A stretch of 62,910 nt of DNA, filler included, from Chiloscyllium plagiosum (taxonomy: Eukaryota): the NCBI RefSeq assembly GCF_004010195.1. It is 4 parts of one record of this genome, joined end to end, with 100 filler letters (N's around TTAATTAATTAA, not from the genome) between each part and the next. Parts side by side here need not be neighbours in the genome. Positions count along the whole stretch, not along the records: positions 37,269 to 50,174 come from NC_057711.1; 3 more parts are not named here. The stretch is one strand, 5' to 3'. Numbering within the stretch: position 1 is the first letter of the stretch; each line of letters starts with the position of its first letter. The position numbers and the translations under genes are program-made. Below, piece after piece: positions 38,008-50,274 of the stretch. The notes beneath the pieces were generated by a model. That model searched no databases, was not told the DNA's origin, and saw nothing but the letters and a program-made list of their open reading frames with translations.

Positions 38008-39126
38008 CATGTTAAAATTGTACAAGATATTGGTTTGACCGCATTTAGAATACTGTGTACAGTTCTGGTTGCCACATTACCAAAAGGATGTGGACACTTT
38101 GGAGAGGGTGCAGAGAAGGTTTACAAGGATATTGCCTGGTATGGAAGGTGCTGGCTATGAAGATGGGTTGAGTAGGTTAAGTTATTTTCATTAGAAAAAA
38201 GGAGATTGAGGGGGGAACCTGACTGAGGTTTACAAAATCATGAAGGGTACAGACAGGGTGGATAGAGACTAGCTTTTTCCCAGGGCGAAGGATTCAATAA
38301 CAAGAGGTCATGCTTTCAAGGTGAGAGGTGGAAAGTTTAAGGGGGATACACGTGGCAAGTACTTCACACAGAGGGTGGTGGGCATTAAGAATGTGTTGCA
38401 GAGGCAGTCATGGTAGATTCATTTAAGATGCGTCTGGACAGATGCATGAGTAGGTGGGGAGCAGAGGGATACAAATCCTTGGGAATTTACCGACAGGTTT
38501 AGACAATACATTTGGATCAGCTCAGGCTTGGAGGGCTGAAGGGTCTTTCCTGGGCTGTAAATTTTCTTTGTTCTTGCTCTTCTTTATAATAATAGATTTC
38601 ATAAATTGCTCAACAAGTACCGTATAATCTAGAAGGTCCAATTTATTCAGTGGGTCATCTAACTACAAGTTTTCTTTGGGTCCACAATTCAAAGTGTCTT
38701 AATGGCCAATATTACAATCAGACCCACGGTAAGGTTCATGAATTCATTACAGTCCAGACAGGATGCCCTAAATGGATAAGTTCCTGGGTTAGAACTGGCT
38801 CCTCATTATTCTCCTACCACCTCATTCGGTTACACCAAGGTTAATTTAAGAGGATTCCATGACTTATACACACCTTTCGCCTAGATCAGATGAACCTATA
38901 TTTTAACAGGAGCCAATTTGACCAACTTACGTGAAAGTTATTGACACGACATATTTCTGCACAGATTAGAAATAAGAGGTGAGTCCAAAATGATAAAAGC
39001 TTTTAAAAAAATGATCACACTCTGAATTGATCATGGGGATCAGATAGTTGGGTAATGCAGTAGAGGTTACTGGTCGCATTGACTTTGGTTTTTGAGCAGT
39101 CAGTTTCATGTTCCCTTCTTTTGCAG

Positions 39127-39241
39127 ATTGGTTGCGATTCTAAAATTCTGATTCCTTTCAACTTAGTCATGTTCCTCTTAGAAACAGGATCATGTTTGGA
39201 ATTCAGCAAATGAAGATTACTCGAGGATAGAAAAGGAAATG
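39127..39241 (+). pseudogene. Candidate decayed exon (115 bp)
   Basis: ttcccttcttttgcAG acceptor and GTATGA donor. Ends KQDHVWNSANEDYSRIEKEM in phase 0, with stops upstream. Confidence 0.35.
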
Positions 39242-39777
39242 GTATGAACATCTTTAAGGACAACTGGTTATCTGGAGCACTTAAAAATGTTTTGGAACAA
39301 GTCTGAAAGGCTCTGAATTTGTTGTGTTTGGTAACATTATTGTGAAAATATACAGTCAAGTTTGGCATCATGTCCGCTGCATTTCTTTTAAAAACTGTTT
39401 TCGAAGAATACCAGGGAATTTTAATGATCCACCCTGGAAAATATACTGAAATCAGCACCTCTGCCATATCTTTACGGTGAAACACATTCAGACCTGGAAG
39501 TTTCTTAAAGCTGTCCCCATTTTACCAGAATTACTTCACCGGAAACCTCATTTACATGGATGAACTTCCAAATGTCCAACAGAGTAACACTGCCAGAGCA
39601 GGGATAGTCTCAGGAATTTCCTAGTTATACCGAAAATAGTAACAACATAGCTCTTGATTTTTCAATTTAAATGCATAAATAAAATATTGTGTTCACTGCT
39701 TAATTTGAGTGTAATTCTACTATATTTATATTAGATTTTGTTCTTCATGAGGCCATTTCTGTTTTGCTGTGGTGCAG

Positions 39778-39897
39778 GAGGAAGGACAGCTTGATGAACA
39801 ATTCGACAAGGCCTTGACATTTCAAATGTCTACTCATAGCAGCAAAACCACTCTGGAGATTCAGCATCACCTTAGTCCATGACATCATAATATCTTG
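39778..39897 (+). pseudogene. Candidate exon (120 bp, phase 0-0, one TGA)
   Basis: ttctgttttgctgtggtgcAG acceptor and weak GTACAC donor. Reads EEGQLDEQFDKALTFQMSTHSSKTTLEIQHHLSP*HHNIL. Confidence 0.4.
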
Positions 39898-40680
39898 GTA
39901 CACAACAAAGGTTATACATTCTTGTAGTACAGCATTTTGGTAGTTTGAATTTCATGTATCTTTAATATTACAGAAAAGTCCTATACCTTGTTTCTTAATC
40001 CTTCCTTTGCAGTTGCCCTTACGGATTGTGCACTTGCTTATGTGACATGGTACTTCCATAACATGTTCTGATATTAAGTAATTTTATTTCTATAATCTAG
40101 TGTTCTGAATGATAAACTTTCAACAAGGATTGAGATGTTTTATACGGTTTTTGATAACCACTGTAAAATAATGAAGACAGGCAGCTTGAAACAAATCTAA
40201 ACCTTAATGACATTTGATATTTATGACAACATAAAATTGTGGAAATGTACATCAGGACAAAAACATGATTCATTAATAGCACATTCTAATGCTTTCTAAA
40301 TTGACTTTCTTCATAGACTTAACACAAATCAATGGTTATTCAAAATATTTACGATCATACGCTTGCATGTCAGATTGTCTGAAGCTTCAATGGTGCTACA
40401 CACAGTAATAAGTTACACAGAGGAAAATATTTCAGTACTGTCTCTCCCAAGGGTACAAGTGTAACAAACCATAATTGAGTACCAGTTTGCATGATGGGTG
40501 CAGATCTCCAAAAAGGTCAAATTCTGTTCAGACTCGCTTAGTATTTTAATGGTTGTTTTAATATGTCAGACATTTTTCTCCGAATAGTCATATCTGTACA
40601 GTACTAATAAGCTATCCTGGTTAAATGATCTGTGTGGGATGGATTTTTGAGCTAATTTGATCAATTACTTTGTGTTACAG

Positions 40681-40758
40681 AGGTCCCCAGATAAGACAGA
40701 AGCCAGTGTACACTCTTTGGCGGATGACGAATCAGTGTAGTCAACACATGCTGTCAAG
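40681..40758 (+). pseudogene. Candidate exon (78 bp)
   Basis: ctttgtgttacAG acceptor and GTAATG donor. Phase 0 reads RSPDKTEASVHSLADDESV*STHAVK. The phase-2 frame is open. Confidence 0.45.
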
Positions 40759-41829
40759 GTAATGAACACTCTTCTTCTTGTCATTTTTCTACTTTATCTT
40801 TTAAAACAGGGTAACACCATAGTTGGCCCCAGAGAGAACTTAAGACGTGTTTCAGTTATATATTATGCAAAGTCTGAAGGTACTGTTACACTCATGGCTA
40901 ACTGGACAGTTAAAATGTCTTATTGTATTTGTGCAATGTTGATAGTGACAAAATTTAGGATTGTATCAATGTACTGGATAAGTATTAGTGTTGTCTGTAC
41001 AACACAAATAGTACCACTACAGTCTGAGTTTGGCTTATATGTTTCCTTCCACTAAACAGTGTGTGAGCATTTGAAATAAGTGCCATTTAAGCTATACAAC
41101 AAAATACACTGAAATTTGCTTTGTATAGTTATAAGAGAAAAACTGCATTGCTGGTAGCCCAAGCACGCTTATTAGGATAGACTGGTGCTATCCTACACAA
41201 CATGTAAATGTAGCTTTCACATAAATTTATGAATATAGGCAAGTGTAGCCTTTTTCCTATATATTGCATTTCTCCAATCATTATCATCCAATATAATATT
41301 ACAACAATGCCATGATGTGCCACTGACTAATATCTGTGGAACTCAACAAAAAAAATAATAATAACATGCACACATATAGTGCATTTCTCATGTAATGAAA
41401 TGGGTATTTAACAAGAGAGCAAGGTGATAGAAAAAAAATTAAATGGAGAACTACTGAAAAAGCATACAAGGATGAAATGGGCTTTTGAGGCTTTTGAAAG
41501 GAGTGACCAAATAGTTGAGTGAATGATGGGGTGAGTTAGGAGGAGCAGAAAACCACTAGTAACATGGAGTTAGAGAAATGTAAGGTGCAGCTGGGAATAT
41601 TTCACAAAGTGATCACTTAGAGCTGCATATAGGGCCAAGGAATGATTTGGAAATGATTGAACATCTTTAATTCAATTCATTATAGGACATGGACTAAAGG
41701 AGCTTTGGAGGGAAGGGACAAAAATTGTAAATCCATACACCTATATATTATCATATATTACAAACATTCACTGATTTATACTTAACCCACCAATGGGGCA
41801 AAGCACAACAGTAAATTTCAATGTTTCAG

Positions 41830-41942
41830 AACCATATAATTCAAACCAAGACAAATAGGCACAGGTACGTTTGAATTGCATGAGTTTTGAGGGACAAGTT
41901 GTCAGGGCTCAGATCCTGAATTAATTTGGGAAACTTGCAGCA
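41830..41942 (+). pseudogene. Candidate exon (113 bp, phase 0-2, three TGA)
   Basis: tttcaatgtttcAG acceptor and GTAAGT donor. Reads NHIIQTKTNRHRYV*IA*VLRDKLSGLRS*INLGNLQ. Confidence 0.4.
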
Positions 41943-42639
41943 GTAAGTCCTTTTTGTTATGCTGTTACCTTGACTGCCACTTTCTTTTTAAAACAAAATA
42001 AGTTCAAAATGACCCAAAGAAGAAAATAGTTTACTGTTACTGAATTAAACCAAATTTGGCTTTTCTCCTTTTCTTGCACATTCAGCATTTTCTGATTGAC
42101 ACTGCACAACTCAGGATGCTGGGTGAGGATGTTGGAGTTATGAAAACATATTGTATTAGCTCTGTTGCAATTTACCCCTTGGTCTGAATACATGATGTTT
42201 TGTTAATATTATAGATCAGAATTTAGTGAATAAATAACAGTGAATTGAATGATGCTCTTCAACATTTATGTGTAAATTGCAACAGTGGGCAAGAATAAAT
42301 GTGCAAAATCTGGAAATTGTTGTCCTGGATGTTACATTGCTCCAAAAAGTACTCAAAAACACAGTCTCACTGTCTGGCTTGCCATTAAATGTAGTGCACA
42401 GTGTAGTGTTCCTATAGTTGAATGGTAAATAATGGGCAGAATATTATAGGGACTTGAATGACATGGGCTTTATGCAGATTCACACCAAAGTTATATGTGG
42501 CCATCTAAACAGTGGGGACAACTTGTTTCGTCTGTTAATTAGATTCTGGACATGGGGGTGAGATTCTCGCTCGGGAACAGTGAGTTCCCTACTATGGGGG
42601 ATTATTGCTTGTTAACAAACTCATTAACTGAGGATATCA

Positions 42640-43864
42640 AAGAACAAAAAACAAAGAAAATTCACAGCCCAGGAACAGGCCCTTCGGCCCTCCAAGCCTG
42701 AGCCGATCCAAATGTACTGTCTAAACCTGTCGGTCAATTCCTAAGCATCTGTATCCCTCTGCTCCCCACCTACTCATGCATCTGTCCAGACACATCTTAA
42801 ATGAATCTACCATGACTGCCTCTGCAACACATTCTTAATGCCCACCACCCTCTGTGTGAAGTACTTGCCACGTGGATCCCCCTTAAACTTGCCACCTCTC
42901 ACCTTGAAAGCGTGACCTCTCATTATGGAATCCTTCACCCTGGGAAAAAGCTTGATTCTTTCCACCCTGTCTCAACCCTTCATGATATTGTAAACTTCAA
43001 TCAGGTCCTCCCTCAATCTCCATTTTTCTAATAAAAATAAACCTAACCTACTCAACCCCTCTTCATAGCCAGCACCTTCCATACCAGGCAACATCCTTGT
43101 AAACCTTCTCTGCACCCTCTCCAAAGCGTCCACATCCTTTTGGTAATGTGGCGACCAGAACTGTACACAGTATTCTAAATGCGGCCGAAATCAACGTCTT
43201 GTACAATTTTAACACGACCTGCCAGCTCTTATACTCAATACCCCGTCCAATGAAGGCAAGCATACTATATGCCTTCTTGATCACTCTATCCACCTGTGTA
43301 GCAACCTTCAGGGTACAATGGACCTGCACTCTCAGATCTCTCTGCCCATCAACGTTTCCCAAGGCTCTTCCATTCATTGTTTAATTCACTCTAGAATTAG
43401 TCTTGCCTAAAGGCATCACCTTACATTTGTCTGGATTGCAAAATAATCATTCAGAATCTCACCCATTCTCTCAGGTTCGACACACAGCTTTCCTTCATTA
43501 TCCTTTAGTGGACCAATCCTTTCTCTAGTTACCCACTTGCTCTTATATAAGAATAAAATGCTTTGGGATTCTCTTTAATTCTGCTTACTAAACCTATTTC
43601 ATGGCCCCTTTTATCCCGCTTGATTTTTCGTTTAAGACTTGTCCTACTGTTCCGATATTCCTCCAGGGCCCGTTCTATTCTTCGCTGCCTCGACCTTATG
43701 TACGCTTCCCTTTTCCTCTTGGCTAGTCGTACAATTACTCCCGTCATCCACGGTTCACAAATCTTGCCCTTCCTATCCTTTGCCTTCAACAGGACATGCC
43801 TATCCTGCGCGATCTTTAACCTATCTTTGAAAGCTTCTCACATATCAAATGTGGACTTCCCTTC
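42640..43864 (-). mobile_element. CR1 LINE (same subfamily as 36602-38578) with internal deletion of the RT core
   Basis: ORFs 43529-43789 (EPWMT...KENPKAFYSYIR, pre-RT tether) and 43063-43377 (post-RT) lie close together with no RT core between them. Confidence 0.88.
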
Positions 43865-45271
43865 ATTGCTGTGCAGCTTCCCATCCTACTACCCACCACA
43901 AGCAAACTCGGTGCCAAGAATTTTCGTCGTGGGAGGTGAAAATAACTTCAGCTCACCACTGGCTGCAAAGAGCCTCAACATTGTTCACCACATCGCAGCA
44001 TCTGAAGGCACAATCGACAGACATCAGTGCATGCATCCCTCATCCATGGTCATTGGCATTTGATAATTCCCAACTCCTCAGGATTCTCATGATATCACTC
44101 CAATCCACTTGCCTGACTCTTAGGAAGCTCAGACCTACAATGCATGATGTACCAGTTTGTGGATTGGACCAGGCTAAATCTCAGATCTGTTGGTTTGCTG
44201 TCTTAGTACTCATTCGCTCAGTGCCTACTGGATGCTCACAGCATCCTTAGCCTGCCTTGTTGTGCCGATTAACACAGTCACAACACTGGGTAGCTTGCCT
44301 TGCTAGTCAACAATCCTCAGTCATTGGTCTTGCTGTTTAGCAGGAATGTATGGGTAATGTAGGGGGAGAGTTCAACCATAGTCAGAAGCACTCTGACTTC
44401 AAGGGGGCAGCATTATATGACCACATGTGGCACAGTCACCTCATATGCCAGGAGCTGGGAGGAAGAGTTGACGGTTGACAAATTCATATAGATGATTGAG
44501 TGAGGTCCTGGGAGGTAAGAAGTCTATCAGTTACACTAGAAGAGCTACCAGGAAGGGCATTCGATGTTTCAAGCCTCAGCGACCAAAGAGGTGGAGGCTG
44601 GAAACCACTGCCTGAAGAGTGCTCACTGCTGCTTTCCATCATGCTTTCTTCAGATCTGGCTCAATTTTTTGGTGGCTTGCAGGGATTCATTTTAGCATCT
44701 CTCCTGTTAATTCACAAATGATAATGATGATTCCCTTTGTACAGTGTACCATTTAGGCTTTCGCAGTTTCCACAGCCTTTTTGTTTTGTTTTTCAGGGTG
44801 AGGTATATTTTGAAATAATTTCTTCTTTGCCACGATTGGAATTTGGTGATGCATAGCTGCTCTGGCTTGTTATATAAATCTTTTGCTATGTCATAATTTT
44901 ACCATTGTGCATGGAAAAACAGCCAGTTTTGCTTTGTGCCATCATTGATTTTGACAAGAGTTGGGAGAGGAAGAGCTGAAACCATTTTATCTTACCTGCT
45001 TTTAAACTGTGTCCTATTGCTTTCTGTTGTGTTTTACTTTATTCAGTTTATTTCAGCTTTCACAGTTCTGAACATCCCTGTACCATTCTGTCTGTAGCTG
45101 GATTTTTTTGCACAGAGTCTCAGCTCTACTTCTGACACCAGGTTCTGAGCGCAACAGAGAGAAGTCTCGTCAACATAAATTATTTGTTAAAGTATCAGAA
45201 AGATAACAATGTGTGTCTCATGATAGAGGTCACATGGCTGCATCAGACCAGGAAAATATTTCTACATACAC

Positions 45272-45580
45272 TCATAGAGATGTACAGCATGGAAACAGAC
45301 CCTTCGGTCCTACCTGTCCATGCTGACCAGATATCCCAACCTAATCTAGTCCCACCTGCCAGCCCATATCCCTCCAAACTCTTCCTTTTCATATACCCAT
45401 CCAGATGCCTTTTAAATGTTGCAATTGTACCAGCCTCCACCATTTCCTCTGACAGCTCATTCCATACACGGACCACCCTCTATGTCAAAAAGTTGTCCCT
45501 TAGGTCTCTTTTATCTTTCCCCTCTCACCCTAAACCTATGTCCTCTAGTTGTGGACTCCTCGCCCCAGGGAAAATACTTT
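45272..45580 (-). mobile_element. CR1 3' tail
   Basis: Reverse complement of the young CR1 3' UTR (catagagatgtacagcatggaaacagaccc). Confidence 0.88.
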
Positions 45581-45990
45581 GCATTTAAATCCAAACACAC
45601 ACTATCCTGACGTGGAACTATAATACTGTTCATTCATCATATATCAAGATCCTGGAGCCTTCATAACACTACAAGAGCACCATCAACATATTGTCAACAA
45701 TGGTTCAAGAAGGTAGCTCACCACCATCTTTGTGAAGGTTATAAATCTTGGTCTTGTTAGCACTGCACACGTCATGTGAATGAACTAGAAGTTATTAAAA
45801 AAACAAAACATGGTTTCTCTTTCATTCTATTTTAGTTTATTCACAATCAAAAATATGAATATGCTCCGTAAGAGGCCTTAAGCTGGAGAATTAACTTCAT
45901 TTTACCAGCAAGTTGAAAGCAATTCTTATACTCCAAATCTCTTTTATATCATTAATTTGACTTAAATTTTATTTTGTTTTCAAATATTAG

Positions 45991-46255
45991 TCTGATATTG
46001 GTGAAACCAATGATTGTGCAAAGCTAGATATGCATACTGAGGAACAAGCCAGACCAATAGGCCTTGCTTCAGATCTTCCTGCTCATTCAAAATTCAACAT
46101 GAACCAAAGCATTCTGGTCTGGTTTGTTCTTCAATGCGCTTATCCAACTTTGCACAATCAAAAAATTCTTGTTTCACATCTTTCTGTTCATTCAAAATTG
46201 AATGTGAATGAAGAATTATTTGCGCGAAGTTCCTCATCACAAATGGCTGGTCTAG
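45991..46255 (+). pseudogene. Candidate exon (open frame 45991-46302) with internal peptide repeat
   Basis: ttttattttgttttcaaatattAG acceptor in phase 0 and possible GCAAGT donor at 46256. Reads SDIGETNDCAKLDMHTEEQARPIGLASDLPAHSKFNMN...LSVHSKLNVNEELF. Confidence 0.4.
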
Positions 46256-46519
46256 GCAAGTGCAATGCATTACCTCCTACTTCCTATGGGAAGGCCTCAT
46301 AATTTTATACCAGTAAGGTAGAAAGTATTTTAGATTTGTTGAATTAGATTGTGTTAGAGAAAGTTAATTTTGAAGGCACATTGTATTGTTGGATAAACTG
46401 CTGTGTTTAATCTCTATAGTTACAACTCTTGGCTTTGTTTCACGTGATTAGCCCACCACTAACTTCTGGGACAATTAGGAATGATTAATAAATGCTATAT
46501 GGTGTGCTATCCCAAGAAC

Positions 46520-47719
46520 TCATTGTGAAAATAGGAAGAAGGCATTCAGCCCCTTCAGCCTGTTCCATCATTCGATGAGCCTTACTTTGTATACCTCAAA
46601 GTATACAAAGTCCATATCCCTGAATACCTGTGCTTAACAAAAAATTTTCTCAGATTTAAAATATCTGCATTCACTGCTATTTGTGGACGAAAGCTCCAAA
46701 CATTTAACATACTTTGTATGCAGCAGTGCATCCTAACATCTCTTCTGAATTGTCTTGTCCTGATTCTCAGAGTATGCCCCCAGGTTCTAAACTCCCCAAC
46801 CAGTAGAAATACTTTTATCTACTGTCTTTTTGTGTTAGCATCTTGAGGACTTTAATCAGATCACCCCTTAAATTTTTACATTCAAGAGAAAACAGGCCTA
46901 TTTTGTATAATGTCTTCTCCTAACATAACCCCTGAAGTCTAGGTATCAATTTTGTAAACAACCTCCAATGCCAATATATCCTTCCTCCACAACCATGTCC
47001 AGATCTGCTCTCAGTACTCCATATGGGCTCTAACCAGGTTTATTTATAACTGCAGCATATCTTCTGCATCCTTATGTTCCAATCCTCTGGATACAGAGAC
47101 CACCATTCCATTAGGTTTCTTAATTATTTTCTGCGTCTGTATTTGTGGTATTTTAAAGATCTGTGCACCTGAACTCCCTAGTCTTTTTGAGCATCCATGG
47201 TTTTTAACTTCATGCCATTTAGAACATAGCCTGACTTTTTTTTTAGTCCAAAATGGAAAACTCACACTTGCTTTCATTGAACTCCACCTCCCACAGTCTT
47301 GCCTAAACAACTCATCTTTCAATATGCCTTTGTAGCATCTACACTGTCCACAATTCTGCCTAATTTTGTGATTTCAGAAAATTTGCTTATATTACTCTCT
47401 ATGCCAGTTTCCAAGTTGTTAACAAATAATATGAATAATTGAGGCCCTAACACAGATCGATGTGGGACATCACTGGTCATATCCTGCTAATCTGAGTACC
47501 TACCTATTATCCCTACTTTGTCACCTGCCCCTCAACCAATTTCCCAGCCATGACAATAATTTGCCTTCAATTGCATAGGCTTCTACCTTAGTTAACAACA
47601 GAACTTTATCAATGCCTTTCAGAAGTCCAAAAAAACAAAATTCATAGACAGTCCCCTATACACTACCTTGGTCACCTATTCAAAAGATTCAATGAGGATT
47701 GTCAGGCATGACCTACCTG
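46520..47719 (-). mobile_element. Old degraded CR1 (RT to 3' end)
   Basis: Reverse complement contains degenerate SDVP...VLGPQLF, DF.KAFDKV and a CR1 tail. Confidence 0.8.
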
Positions 47720-47940
47720 TCATGTGTCAAGATTAGAGTGGTGCTGGAAAAGCGCAGCAGGTCAGGCAGCATCAGAGGAGCAGGAAAATCGACGTTTCGG
47801 GCAAAAGCCCTTCATCAGGAATCCTTTTTTGCCCAAAATGTCAATTTTCCTGCTCCTCAGATGCTGCCTGACCTGCTGCGCTTTTCCAGCACCATTCTAA
47901 TCTTGACTCTGATCTCCAGCATCAGCAGTACTCACTTTCT
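47720..47940. mobile_element. Palindromic PLE-derived insert (81-bp inverted arms) with 8-bp TSD
   Basis: Arms 47726-47806 and 47827-47907. cctacctg at 47712-47719 and 47941-47948. Intact hammerhead core at 47787-47822 (minus). Confidence 0.8.
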
Positions 47941-48334
47941 CCTACCTGATTGACTGACAAGTGAATTTTGATTGGATGAGATGTTGTCATAGATAGTGGA
48001 TTTTTTCTCCATGATTAATAACCCCTTTGCATTTGCATGGCGTGTGTACACCATCTGCCTTCTTGCCCTTCCTCTTCCTCTGTCAAAAGTATAAAAAGGA
48101 ATCTATTTTGTGATGCCTTTCAATTCTGAAGAAAAGGCATACCAGACTCAATGTTAACTGTTCCTCCCTTCACAGATGCTGTCATATCTACGGAGTTTCT
48201 CCAGCATTGTGTCAGTTTCTTTTTTACTACATATAAGATGTTTCTCTTCTTTCTTTTCCAAATAAATTGGATTCATCATTCTTATTAAAGCTGTTGTTGC
48301 CATTCTGCCGAACAGAGAGATTTTTCTTTAAGCA

Positions 48335-49357
48335 AGTTTGAAGGTTGAAGACTGAGGGTGGTTGTAGAAGGTTGTTTTTCAGACTGGAGGCTTGTGACCA
48401 GTGGAGTGCCACAAGGATCAGTGCTGGGTCCATTACTTTTCGTCATTTATATAAATGATTTGGATAAGATTGCAGATGACACCAAAGTTGGAAGTGTAGT
48501 GGACAGCGAAGAAGGGTACCTCATATTACAACGGTATCTTAATCAAGATGGGCCATTGGGCTGAGGCATGGCAGATAAATGCGAGATGCTGCATTTTGGG
48601 AAAACAAATCAGAGTAGGATTTATACACCTACTGGTAAGGTCCTAGGGAGTGTTACGGAACTAAGAGACCTTGGAGTGCAGGTTCAGAACTCCTTGAAAG
48701 TAGAGTCGCAGACAGATAGGATAGTGAAGAAGGTGTTTGGTATTTCCTTTATTGGTCAGAGCATTGAGTATTCAAGTTGGGAGATCATGTTGCGGCTGTA
48801 CAGGATGTTCGTTAGGCCACTTTTGGAATATTGCATGCAATTCTGATCTCCTTCCTATCAGAAGGATGTTGTGAAACTTGAAAAGGTTCAGAAAAGATTT
48901 ACAAGGATGTTTCCAGGGTTGGAGGATTTGAGCTATAGGGAGAGGCTGAATAGGCTGGGGCTGTTTTCCCTGAAGCATCTAAGTTTCAGGGGTGACCTCA
49001 TAGAGGTTTGTAAAATTATGTGGGGCATGGATAGGGTAAATAGGCAAAGTCTTTTCCCTGGGTGAGGGAGTCCAGAACTAGAGGGCATAGGTTTAGGGTG
49101 AAAGAGGAAAGACATAAAAGGGACCTAAGGGACAACCTTTTCATACAGAGGGTGGTGTGTGTGTAGAATGAGCTGCCAGCAGAAATGGTGGAGGCTGGTA
49201 CAATTGCAACATTTAAAAGGCATCTGGATTGGTACATGCATAGGAAGGGTTTAGAGAGTTATGGGCCAAGTGCTGGCAAATGGGACTAGATTAGGTTGGG
49301 ATATCTAGTCAGCATGGACTAGCTGGACCAATAGGGTCTGTTTCTATGGCTCTATGA
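48335..49357 (+). mobile_element. 5'-truncated CR1 LINE
   Basis: ORFs 48358-49065: [27 protein letters not shown]. Followed by 3' UTR. Confidence 0.92.
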
Positions 49358-49584
49358 TGATAACAACTTTGATGAGAATAAATTATCACTCCAGAGCTGA
49401 CAAGTGTATTAATTGACATTGGCTGCAATGTTCAAACACCGCATCAAATCATCTCATTGCCATCTCACAGAGTCATAGATTTATATAGTACAGAAACAGA
49501 CTCTTTAGTCCCACTTGTACATGCCGACCAGATATCCTAAACTGATCTAGTCCCATTTGCCAGCATTTGGCCCATATCCTCCTA

Positions 49585-50174
49585 AGGTAAAAACAATGAC
49601 TGCAGGTGCTGGAAACCAGATTCTGGATTAGTGGTGCTGGAAGAGCACAGCAGTTCAGGCAGCATCCAAGGAGCAGCGAAATCGACGTTTCGGGCAAAAG
49701 CCCTTCATCAGGAATAAAGGCAGAGAGCCTGAAGCGTGGAGAGATAAGCTAGAGGAGGGTGGGGGTGGGGAGAAAGTAGCATAGAGTACAATGGGTGAGT
49801 GGGGGAGGGGATGAAGGTGATAGGTCAGGGAGGAGAGGGTGGAGTGGATAGGTGGAAAAGGGGATAGGCAGGTAGGACAGGTCCGGACAAGTCATGGGGA
49901 CAGTGCTGAGCTGGAAGTTTGGAACTAGGGTGAGGTGGGGGAAGGGGAAATGAGGAAACTGTTGAAATCCACATTGATGCCCTGGGTTGGAGTGTTCTGA
50001 GGCGGGAGGTGAGGCATTCTTCCTCCTGGCGTCTGGTGGTGAGGGAGCGGCGGTGAAGGAGGCCCAGGATCTCCATGTCCTCGGCAGAGTGGGAGGGGGA
50101 GTTGAAATGTTGGGCTACGGGGCGATGTGGTTGATTGGTGCGGGTGTCTCGGAGATGTTCCCTAAAGCGCTCTG
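49585..50174 (-). mobile_element. Penelope-like element 3' part (GIY-YIG C-terminus + terminal repeat), inserted in a CR1 tail (49470-49584)
   Basis: ORF 49825-50076 LGLLHRRSLTTRRQEEECLTSRLRTLQP parallels LGFLHC...RKLEEQYIIFRLGSLQP at 62150-62240. Hammerhead core at 49680-49715. Confidence 0.85.
49680..49715 (-). ncRNA. Minimal hammerhead ribozyme motif (family B)
   Basis: AUUC-CUGAUGA-A-GGGC(UUUU)GCCC-GAA-ACGU-C-GAUU. Stem I is weak, with one mismatch. Confidence 0.6.
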
Positions 50175-50274
50175 NNNNNNNNNNNNNNNNNNNNNNNNNN
50201 NNNNNNNNNNNNNNNNNNTTAATTAATTAANNNNNNNNNNNNNNNNNNNNNNNNNNNNNNNNNNNNNNNNNNNN
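50175..50274. other. Assembly gap with artificial linker
   Basis: 44 N + TTAATTAATTAA + 44 N. Confidence 0.95.

Larger units (their letters stand above)
36602..38578 (+). mobile_element. Probably full-length CR1 LINE (5' UTR, ORF1 zinc finger, gap, ORF2 RT, 3' UTR)
   Basis: ORF1 from 36859 reads MAGDFRPVACDTCWMWE...YTCKTC. After the gap: [31 protein letters not shown]. Confidence 0.9.
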
